A stretch of DNA of 64,000 bases, from the NCBI GenBank assembly GCA_963664705.1, contig OY761556.1, positions 5,152,001 to 5,216,000 of the forward strand, read 5' to 3'. The notes beneath the pieces are model-generated. The model searched no databases. It saw only the letters and a program-made list of their open reading frames with translations, and was not told the DNA's origin. Source of the DNA: Acidobacteriota bacterium. GTDB taxonomy: Bacteria > Acidobacteriota > UBA6911. The first letter of the stretch is position 1. Each line of letters opens with the position of its first letter. The position numbers and the translations under genes were made by a program. Below are positions 56,243 to 64,000 of the stretch, piece by piece.

Positions 56243-56407
56243 ATGAATACAATGCCCTACCTGTTTTCTGCGTACCTGGCAATCTGGATTATTCTGGCCG
56301 TCTACCTCTATTCAATCTGGTCGAGAGAAAAGAAGCTCCGCGATGAGGTTCAGCGCCTGAAACAGTTGCTGGAACGCCGTCAATCACCCACGGATAACCC
56401 GCGCTAG
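56243..56407 (+). CDS. ccmD: CcmD (54 aa; not in ORF track)
   Basis: MNTMPYLFSAYLAIWIILAVYLYSIWSREKKL..., one TM plus a charged tail, directly after ccmC. Confidence 0.8.
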   Translation: MNTMPYLFSAYLAIWIILAVYLYSIWSREKKLRDEVQRLKQLLERRQSPTDNPR

Positions 56408-56512
56408 GAAGCTCCAGGAACTTCGAAATTTCGGATTTCCTAAGGATATCCCTACCGCCGGGATCTATAATTCTATACAATTCAAGCTGATAAAATCATT
56501 GAATACAGGAGT

Positions 56513-56791
56513 ATGCAAATGAAGTGGATGCGAGTATTGAGCGTTGGTGCAGCACTGTTGTTCAGTTTTCCCCTGTTCGCCCAGATAAAGCCCTGTGAAG
56601 AGTTAAAATCGGAGATCGAGACAAAATTGAAGGACAAGGGTGTAACCGACTATACCCTGGAAATAGTTCCTGCCGATCAGATCAAGGATCAGAAGGTTGT
56701 GGGCTCCTGCGACGGCGGCAAAAACAAGATCACCTATACAAAAGAAGCCGCGGCAAAGCCGGCCCAGGAAAAAGCGCCGGAAAAGAAGTAA
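56513..56791 (+). CDS. DUF1161 (YnfD-like) exported protein
   Basis: Signal peptide, CEELKSEI, YTLEIV and VVGSCDGG. Confidence 0.85.
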   Translation: MQMKWMRVLSVGAALLFSFPLFAQIKPCEELKSEIETKLKDKGVTDYTLEIVPADQIKDQKVVGSCDGGKNKITYTKEAAAKPAQEKAPEKK

Positions 56792-56821
56792 CCGTCAGTA
56801 ACCTAACCTCAGCGTGTTTTG

Positions 56822-56857
56822 GAAGGCGGTGGCATGCCCACCGCCTTTCGTTTTTTA
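56822..56857 (+). terminator. Intrinsic terminator
   Basis: AAGGCGGTGG-CATGC-CCACCGCCTT followed by a T-run. Confidence 0.7.
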
Positions 56858-56871
56858 TCCACTGGGAGCGC

Positions 56872-59055
56872 TTACCGAGTCAGTTCCTGGATTACCGTAC
56901 GCGCCTCGTCTTCCAGGAAATCCCAAAGACCCAGCTGCTTCAGAGTATCGGGCATGGGTATGCCGGAAGCACTCCAGCCGCGTTCCTGGTAGTACACATC
57001 GATCAGCTTTCGAAGTTGTTCCTTCCGCAGTTTCATCAGGAGCTCGCGCTTCCGGGCTGTACCCATTCCGCCCAGATCCTGAGGGGATTTACCGAGTCGC
57101 TGGGCAAGATCTCCATCATTGAATATCAATTCGGACTCATAGAGCGCATCGTCGGTCGGCCCGATCGCCCTATCCGGAATCCAGTCAAACGCGCCGGTTT
57201 TCTGTCCGTAGTGAAGCACGTTCAGAATCCTTTGCAGGTTGATATCGCGATCCGTTTGAGCAAATATCTCTTCCCAACCAAGTTCGGTCCCGAGCATGCC
57301 GTTGTAGAAATCGGCATATATTTCCTGTGAGGCCGGGTTTATATAGATGTCGGTTCCGGTGCGCGCCGCGGATTCGGGATTGAACACATCCACCCACGGG
57401 AGTTTGCAGACCCCCATGTTGTCATTTCCGAGCCGCACCCGGGGATAGCTGATGAGCGCACGGGCCTTGGCTTCAAAAGTCGGAAAGGCGCCGAGAAGAT
57501 CCGCCTTGATGAGCCAGGCGGCCGCATGATGTGCGCCAATGTCGCTGGCCGCTGCATACGAGGCCTGCATCGAGAGTGAGCGGTGCGTCCGGTAGAACGT
57601 GAACGGCAATCCTTTGGCCTGCATGGCAAACGCTGTCAACTCCGGCAGGATGGAACGTCCATTATTCGCCGCGGCATACCGCTCGGCCACCCAGCGCATA
57701 GTCGTGTGGGTTCCCTGGCCCGCAGCGCGCGCCATTTCCGTCTGCCCATGCGCAACGCGGTGGATAAACTCCAGCGCTGATGTTTCGTCACCCCAGGTCA
57801 GCGCGATTCCTTCGCCATCTTCCCGGGATAGATATCCGCGCTGGAAGCATTCCATGAGGAAAGCCATGACACAGGAAGTTGTAATCGTGTCGATTCCGTA
57901 ATTGTCACAATGCCAGTTCGCTTCCATGATGAATTTGGGATTCCACACACCCAGGTTGGAACCAAATCCGGCAGCCGTCTCATACTCGGGGCCATCTACC
58001 CAGACTTTGCGTCCCGCATGTGCTCCACTTGTCAACGTCACCCAGCCGCCTTTGGTGCATTGCAGGTTGCATCCGGGAAAGCATCCATCCATGCCTCGAT
58101 GATCGAAGAGATGTTCTGCGTAAAACTTTCCGCAGATCTGCGGCGCTCTTGGATCGGAGCCTCCCTGGAAGTTGTGAACCGGCAGCGATTGATACTCATC
58201 CTTGCTCATGAAGGTGATGAGCCCGGCACTCCCTTTGCGATACATCTGCAACGATTGCGGATCCACTTCTTTGACGATTCTCTGCAGTTTCGATCCGGCG
58301 CGCTTTACTCGTTCCCAGTCTGCCGCTCCGTAGGGATTATCGCCATGCGGGTTGTCGGTGAGAACGATAATGGAACGGACACGCTTCCGGCTCATCACCG
58401 AACCGATCCCGGTGCGTCCGGCCTGCTTGACGCGGAAGAGCCCACGGTGTCCATCCACGGGCTTTGTCACGTCAAAGTAATGGCTGTTGATGCATCCATA
58501 GCTTGTGTTGGCCGCGCCAATACCGGTCGAGAGGAAGGCGATGTGACGTTTTTCATATCCCGCAGCAGTCAGCCGTTCCGCAATATCGCGCTCCAGATCG
58601 AAGGCCTCGTCATCGGCAGGGCTATCCTCGATGGTTATCTCGCCGGTGTACGCATTGACTACGATGATTACATCCCGGTCTGCAACCCCCGTCACCTGGA
58701 GCGCATCAAATCCCGCGTATTTCAGATAGGCACCGAAGTATCCGCCGAAATTGGACACGCCGGGGATTCCTGTCAATGGAGACAAGGAAACCGCCATTGC
58801 TTTTGCAGTGCCTGGAAACTGGGGGATTCCTCCCAGCGGGCCGTTGGCAATGATCAGCGGGTTTGCCGGATCACCCGGCAACGTATGGGAATTGATCGCT
58901 TTGTGCAGCAGATACAGGCCAAGGCTGCGGCCGCCAAGAAAGAAATCCCGAACTCGGGCATCCAGGTCCGGAGTCGTCATCGCTCCAGTCGACAGATCGA
59001 TATTGAGGATCCTGTTTGTATAGCCTCTCTGGATCGCTCCCCTGCAATATTTCAT
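56872..59055 (-). CDS. Aldehyde:ferredoxin oxidoreductase family (tungstopterin)
   Basis: LSPLTG, SNFGGYFG, AGRTGIGSVM, C..C...C, GPEYET, CDNYGIDTI and YYQERGW. Confidence 0.9.
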   Translation of the reverse strand: MKYCRGAIQRGYTNRILNIDLSTGAMTTPDLDARVRDFFLGGRSLGLYLLHKAINSHTLPGDPANPLIIANGPLGGIPQFPGTAKAMAVSLSPLTGIPGVSNFGGYFGAYLKYAGFDALQVTGVADRDVIIVVNAYTGEITIEDSPADDEAFDLERDIAERLTAAGYEKRHIAFLSTGIGAANTSYGCINSHYFDVTKPVDGHRGLFRVKQAGRTGIGSVMSRKRVRSIIVLTDNPHGDNPYGAADWERVKRAGSKLQRIVKEVDPQSLQMYRKGSAGLITFMSKDEYQSLPVHNFQGGSDPRAPQICGKFYAEHLFDHRGMDGCFPGCNLQCTKGGWVTLTSGAHAGRKVWVDGPEYETAAGFGSNLGVWNPKFIMEANWHCDNYGIDTITTSCVMAFLMECFQRGYLSREDGEGIALTWGDETSALEFIHRVAHGQTEMARAAGQGTHTTMRWVAERYAAANNGRSILPELTAFAMQAKGLPFTFYRTHRSLSMQASYAAASDIGAHHAAAWLIKADLLGAFPTFEAKARALISYPRVRLGNDNMGVCKLPWVDVFNPESAARTGTDIYINPASQEIYADFYNGMLGTELGWEEIFAQTDRDINLQRILNVLHYGQKTGAFDWIPDRAIGPTDDALYESELIFNDGDLAQRLGKSPQDLGGMGTARKRELLMKLRKEQLRKLIDVYYQERGWSASGIPMPDTLKQLGLWDFLEDEARTVIQELTR

Positions 59056-59270
59056 TTTTCCCTTCCCATTGGATGGCAGTGGCAAAGTGGTAAACGATAA
59101 TTGCCTGACGGTCCGGGTGTCAAGCAAAACACCCAGCCCATCCAAGTCATCCATCCTGCTCTGTCCATTTCCTGTTCGCGACAGATGATCCCGGTTAGGA
59201 ATTAAGTAGCCTGTCCCAGGAATCCATCAACTATAATGTCTTATAAGTTCCGTGGGAAAAGGAGGCAACC

Positions 59271-60701
59271 GTGAGTGCAGCTTCAATTCAGCCAAACTGG
59301 CCTGAGATCTATCGACAGCGGCGCAACAAAATCCGGGCGGATGTCGGGGGTGGAGTGATCCTCTGGCTGGGACACACATTGCAGCCCCGCAATTACGCCG
59401 ACAATTCCTACCCTTTCCGTCAGAATTCCCATTTTCTTTACTACGCAGGCCTTTCGTCACCGGACATGGCGATGCTGTCGTTCCCTGAGTACGATTACGA
59501 CATCCTGTTTTTGCGACCAACGAGCATGGATGACATCGTCTGGAGCGGACCGCAGCCATCGCCGGTGGAACTGGCCCGCGAGGCTGGAATCGATACCGTA
59601 GAAGATATCGACAGGTTGGAGGAATACCTGGTAAAGGCGCAAAACCAGGGAAAGAAGATCCACTACCTCCCCCCTTATCAGCACTCGTCCATTTTCAGGC
59701 TTGCGCAGCTTCTGAACATGGATCCCGGCGAAGTCAGCATCAATGCCTCTCCGGTGTTGATCGAAACGGTGGCCCGGCAAAGATGCATCAAATCCGATGA
59801 AGAGATTGCGGAGATCGAAGATGCGCTCATCATCTCGGACAGAATGCATCGCGCCTGCATGGCCGCGGCACGCCCGGGAATGCAGGAAAGTGAACTTGCC
59901 GGCATCATCCAGGGAATCGCTCTATCGGCAGGACGTGAGCAGGCCTATCCACCTATCGTAACGACGCGGGGAGAGGTGCTGCACAACCACTCTTACGACA
60001 ACGTCCTTGCGGAAGGCGATCTGATCCTGAATGACTCGGCGGCGGAATCGCCCAGGTTCTATGCTTCGGATATCACACGGGCATTTCCCGTCACGGGACG
60101 GTTTACCGCCCAACAGGCTGAGGTGTACCAGCTCGTATTACGTATGCAGCTTGGAGCGATCGGCATGATCAAGCCGGGAGTGACCTATCGCGATGTTCAC
60201 CTGGCTGCCTGCCGCATTCTGGCCGAGGGAATGCGCAGCATCGGTTTGATGCAGGGGAATCCTTCAGATGCAGTGGATGCCGGAGCTCATGCACTCTTTT
60301 TCCCACACGGCGTCGGCCACATGCTTGGCTTGGATGTCCACGACATGGAGGATCTCGGGGATATCGTTGGCTACGGACGGAAGGAAAAGCGAAGCACACA
60401 GTTCGGACTGAATTTTTTGCGCCTTAGCCGCACTTTGGATCCGGGGTATGTTTTGACTGTAGAACCTGGGATTTATTTCATTCCGGCCTTGATTGAACGC
60501 TGGCAGAAGGATCGCCTGCACAAAGAGTTCATCAATTATGACAAGGTGAGCATGTATGTCGGATTTGGCGGGATTCGAATCGAGGACAATATCCTGGTGA
60601 CGCCGACAGGCGCTCATGTCCTTGGACCTGGAATTCCAAAGACGATTCCTGAAGTCGAAGAAGCCTGCGGGAAGAAGTTATTGCTCGAGGATCTGATTTA
60701 A
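59271..60701 (+). CDS. pepP: Xaa-Pro aminopeptidase (M24B)
   Basis: YPFRQNSHF.Y, YASDITR, HG.GH.LGLDVHD, TVEPGIYF and GIRIED. Confidence 0.9.
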   Translation: MSAASIQPNWPEIYRQRRNKIRADVGGGVILWLGHTLQPRNYADNSYPFRQNSHFLYYAGLSSPDMAMLSFPEYDYDILFLRPTSMDDIVWSGPQPSPVELAREAGIDTVEDIDRLEEYLVKAQNQGKKIHYLPPYQHSSIFRLAQLLNMDPGEVSINASPVLIETVARQRCIKSDEEIAEIEDALIISDRMHRACMAAARPGMQESELAGIIQGIALSAGREQAYPPIVTTRGEVLHNHSYDNVLAEGDLILNDSAAESPRFYASDITRAFPVTGRFTAQQAEVYQLVLRMQLGAIGMIKPGVTYRDVHLAACRILAEGMRSIGLMQGNPSDAVDAGAHALFFPHGVGHMLGLDVHDMEDLGDIVGYGRKEKRSTQFGLNFLRLSRTLDPGYVLTVEPGIYFIPALIERWQKDRLHKEFINYDKVSMYVGFGGIRIEDNILVTPTGAHVLGPGIPKTIPEVEEACGKKLLLEDLI

Positions 60702-60705
60702 GAGC

Positions 60706-60746
60706 CAGCCGCGGAGAACCAAGACCTCCGACGTTCTTCGCGGCTG
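60706..60746. terminator. Hairpin between convergent pepP and trpS
   Basis: CAGCCGCGGAGAAC ... GTTCTTCGCGGCTG. Confidence 0.55.
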
Positions 60747-60753
60747 CGCGTCA

Positions 60754-61746
60754 CTAATAATTCCGAATGCCCATCGCATCCCGGACCTGGCGAACCAGCG
60801 GCAGCGACAGCTCTCTTGCTTTTTCGGCACCGCGCTTCAGGATCTCATCGACATATTCCGGCTGCCTGGCAAGTTCCTCACGGCGGGCGCGCGCACTGCC
60901 GAATCTTTCCATGAATTTGTCAAAGATAGCCTGTTTCACTTCCCGATAGCCCAACCCTCCGCTACGGAATCGGTCTGCCCAGTAGGCTTGCGTTTCCGCA
61001 TCGCAGAAGAGCTTGAGAACTGCATACAGGACACTGCGATCCGGGTCTTTCGGTTCGGCCAGAGACGCCGAATCCGTAACAATCGAGAAGATCTGCTGGC
61101 GAAGCTCCTCTTCCTTTGCGAATAGCGCAATCATGTTGTTGTACGACTTGGACATTTTGCGGCCATCCCGTCCCGGAACAACGGCGACGCTTTCAGGTAT
61201 GTGCGGCTCCGGAATTGTCAGGATTTCCCCATACGCATTGTTGAAGTACTGGGCAATATCCCTCGTTACTTCCACGTGCTGCTTTTGATCCTGCCCGACG
61301 GGAACCCGGTTGGCCCGGACAATCAGAATATCGGCAGCCATCAAAACAGGATAGGCAAAGAGGCCGTGATCCGAAGGGATCCCCTGCGCTACTTTGTCCT
61401 TATAGGCATGGCAGCGCTCCAACAGCCCCATGGGAGTTACGGTTGTAAGCAACCACTGCAGTTCACACACCTCCGGCATATCGCTTTGAAGGTAAATGGC
61501 ACAGCGTTCAGGATCCAGTCCCAGGGCCAGGTAATCCGCCGCAGTGTTCCGGGTCAATTCCAGGAGCCGCTCCCGATCGCGGATAGTAGTCAGCGCATGG
61601 TAGTTGGCCAGGAAGTAATAGCACCGGTTCCCTTCCTCGATAAACTGGATAAACTGCTGCACGGCGCCGAAGTAATTGCCCAGGTGCAGATTGCCGGACG
61701 GCTGGATGCCGGAAAGAATAGTGGTTGTCTTGGGAGTATTCGTCAT
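60754..61746 (-). CDS. trpS: Tryptophan-tRNA ligase
   Basis: SGIQPSG.LHLGNY, YPVLMAADIL, VGQDQ.QH and KMSKS. Confidence 0.96.
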   Translation of the reverse strand: MTNTPKTTTILSGIQPSGNLHLGNYFGAVQQFIQFIEEGNRCYYFLANYHALTTIRDRERLLELTRNTAADYLALGLDPERCAIYLQSDMPEVCELQWLLTTVTPMGLLERCHAYKDKVAQGIPSDHGLFAYPVLMAADILIVRANRVPVGQDQKQHVEVTRDIAQYFNNAYGEILTIPEPHIPESVAVVPGRDGRKMSKSYNNMIALFAKEEELRQQIFSIVTDSASLAEPKDPDRSVLYAVLKLFCDAETQAYWADRFRSGGLGYREVKQAIFDKFMERFGSARARREELARQPEYVDEILKRGAEKARELSLPLVRQVRDAMGIRNY

Positions 61747-61861
61747 TTTCTCCTTCTCTTCACTCGCGATTCACTAGGGTTCAAGCCGCAAATACTGGCA
61801 TTCCACAAAGGGATTTGCAATGGAGAACTCTCCAGGCCGGCCCGCACAAACATGCTGCCAA

Positions 61862-63037
61862 TTACTCAAGGAGCTGTTTGGCGATCGTCTGTAGCTGCAT
61901 GTTGGAGGTACCTTCGTAGATCTTTCCTATTTTGGCATCCCGATAGAACTTCTCCACGGGATACTCTTTGGTGTATCCATAGCCTCCGTGCAATTCCAGT
62001 GCCTGACTGGTCACATACTCCGCCATGGCTGAAGCCATATATTTCGCCATCGCGGCTTCTTTGAGATAGGCCCTTCCCGTCATCTTGAGTTTGGCCGCGT
62101 TATAGACCATCAACCGGGCGGCTTCCAGCCGCGTGGCCATTTCAGCAATTTGAAACTGGATGGCCTGAAAACTTGAAAGCGTTTTCCCGAACTGCTTGCG
62201 TTCCTGGACATAGCGGATAGCGCATTCAAGAGCACCCTGAGCAATCCCGACCATCTGGGCTCCGATTCCAATGCGGCCGCCATTCAGGGTTTCCAGCGCG
62301 ACTCTGTATCCTTTCCCAAGTTCGCCTAAGATCTGGCTCTCCGGAACAAAACAATCGTCCAGGATCAACTCACAGGTGGAGCTTGCCCGAATCCCCATTT
62401 TGTCTTCTCTTTTGCCGACCGAGAACCCTGGAGTATCTTTCGGGACAATGAAGGCCGTAATTCCACGGTGACCCAGGGCCGGATCCACTGTTGCAAATAC
62501 AATAAAAAGTTCGGCTTCCGCGGCATTGGTGATCCAGAGCTTCCGGCCATTTAAAACATAGCCGCCGTTCCGCCTTGCGGCCCGGGTTGCCAGTCCGAAG
62601 GCATCACTGCCGGAGCCTGCCTCTGATAGGGCATAGGCGCCTACCGCGTCTTTACACAACCGCGGGAGAAAGCTCTGTTTCAGGTCCTCCGAGCCCCAGC
62701 GCAGGATTGCGCCGTTCACCAGCGTATTCTGGACATCGACGATGGAGATAGCCGCCGCATCAACTCGGGAGATTTCCTCTACGGCCAGGACAACCATGAA
62801 AAAGGTGCCACCCGCGCCGCCGTAGGATTCAGGTACATCAATCCCCATCAGGCCAAAATCAAAGAACTGGCGGATGAGGGCCGGATTCATCTGCCCCGCT
62901 CGGTCCATTTCCGATACCAGCGGCCTTATCTGTTCTTCCGCAAAATCATGAACGCTGGAACGAAACAGCTGTTCCTCTTCGGAAAGAAACGTCAGCGGCA
63001 AAGCGCCGCCTTCCAAATCCACTGTTTCACTACCCAT
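61862..63037 (-). CDS. Acyl-CoA dehydrogenase (short/branched chain)
   Basis: ALSEAGSGSD, KLWITN, GRIGIGAQ, GGYGY and IYEGT. Confidence 0.93.
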   Translation of the reverse strand: MGSETVDLEGGALPLTFLSEEEQLFRSSVHDFAEEQIRPLVSEMDRAGQMNPALIRQFFDFGLMGIDVPESYGGAGGTFFMVVLAVEEISRVDAAAISIVDVQNTLVNGAILRWGSEDLKQSFLPRLCKDAVGAYALSEAGSGSDAFGLATRAARRNGGYVLNGRKLWITNAAEAELFIVFATVDPALGHRGITAFIVPKDTPGFSVGKREDKMGIRASSTCELILDDCFVPESQILGELGKGYRVALETLNGGRIGIGAQMVGIAQGALECAIRYVQERKQFGKTLSSFQAIQFQIAEMATRLEAARLMVYNAAKLKMTGRAYLKEAAMAKYMASAMAEYVTSQALELHGGYGYTKEYPVEKFYRDAKIGKIYEGTSNMQLQTIAKQLLE

Positions 63038-63287
63038 GCAGAAATCCCCTTCACTTCGAAAGCTCGAAGACTCAAGAACCGCGGTGAACCTATTTTCGGC
63101 CCGCCGAATCTAAAACCTGATATCAGCAGTTGTTGAGTAGAGCGCATCCATGTAGTTTTTATACCATTTCCACGCTTTTGAGTCCTGGGTATTTGGAGCG
63201 TGCCTCGGCGCGAAACCGCATCCGTTGACTCAAAGGGGCGGAATTTCTATAATCTGGTTGAATAGATCCGCTCGGGAGGGCCCAGCT

Positions 63288-64000
63288 ATGCGTTATCTGC
63301 GATCATTGCTTTATGTGTCATTCCTCTGTTTCGGTTTGACCTATTCCTTCTCGAGCCCGACGGCGGACAAGCCCGCGGCGGAATCAACGCCGGCCAAGAC
63401 CAAACCGCAGAAGAAGAAAAACGACAGTGACCAGGTCCAGTACTATAAGAAATGGCTCGATGAAGATGTCCGCTGGATTATTTCCGAGGAAGAGCGGAGC
63501 GTTTTCAAAAACCTGAAGAATGACGAGGAGAAGGACAGCTTCATTGAACAATTCTGGGCGCGCAGAAACCCGAATCCGCGCCTGGCCGACAATGCATTCA
63601 AGGAAGAACACTATCGGCGGATTGCCTACTCCAACGAGCACTTTGCTTCGGGCATACCGGGGTGGAGAACCGACCGCGGACGGATTTACGTCATGTTTGG
63701 TAAACCGGACGAACTCGAATCGCATCCAACCGGTGGTTCCTATAATCGTCCGTTCAATGAGGGGGGCGGAACGACCACTACCTATCCCTTTGAAAAATGG
63801 TGGTACCGGCATATTGACGGGATTGGTGACGATATCGAGATCGAATTTGTGGATCAATCGGGATCGGGCGAATACCGGATGGCTATGAGTCCGGATGAGA
63901 AGGATGCCTTGATCAACGTTCCGAATGCCGGGCTGACACTGGCTGAGGAAATGGGACTTTCCGATAAAACCGATCGTGCCTATTTCAATCCGTCCGTTGC
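63288..64000 (+). CDS. GWxTD domain protein, 3'-partial (not in ORF track)
   Basis: ATG at 63288 after GGGAGG; [23 protein letters not shown] and [11 protein letters not shown]. Confidence 0.9.
   Translation, partial: MRYLRSLLYVSFLCFGLTYSFSSPTADKPAAESTPAKTKPQKKKNDSDQVQYYKKWLDEDVRWIISEEERSVFKNLKNDEEKDSFIEQFWARRNPNPRLADNAFKEEHYRRIAYSNEHFASGIPGWRTDRGRIYVMFGKPDELESHPTGGSYNRPFNEGGGTTTTYPFEKWWYRHIDGIGDDIEIEFVDQSGSGEYRMAMSPDEKDALINVPNAGLTLAEEMGLSDKTDRAYFNPSV

Overview
Bacterial chromosomal window. An anaerobic Acidobacteriota-like host is inferred from a GWxTD protein, a tungsten aldehyde oxidoreductase and a MtaA/URO-D-family protein; this was not verified. Bases 1 to ~19,100 hold part of a siphovirus-like prophage read entirely on the minus strand. 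In order of transcription it encodes an NDT-like protein, a replication initiator, an HTH protein, a lambda-type cos region and terminase, a portal, a protease, a capsid, two cement proteins and a tail module, and it runs off the left edge. It abuts the 3' end of a tRNA-Leu(TAA), with no integrase or repressor on this side. The remainder is mostly housekeeping: a GH51 arabinofuranosidase, MFS, CobB, a sigma54 two-component locus, YqeC-MocA, radA-PIN/TRAM-ispDF-gltX-rlmB, a PilGHI-like ABC trio, two PAS-GAF-GGDEF paralogs, a variant ccm operon, AOR, PepP, TrpS and an acyl-CoA dehydrogenase. The strongest unexplained signals are four: (i) a non-coding array of ~7 tandem 250-bp units, each with a long nested hairpin (41.4-43.1 kb); (ii) the prophage junction lying just upstream of its replication operon; (iii) several phage cis-elements (phased 10-bp repeats before a TTGACA box, cosQ/cosB-like motifs, a three-way-junction RNA, a -1 frameshift); and (iv) an active/degenerate diguanylate cyclase pair, one with an AhpD-like sensor domain. 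All family calls are by-eye motif recognition; no searches were run.
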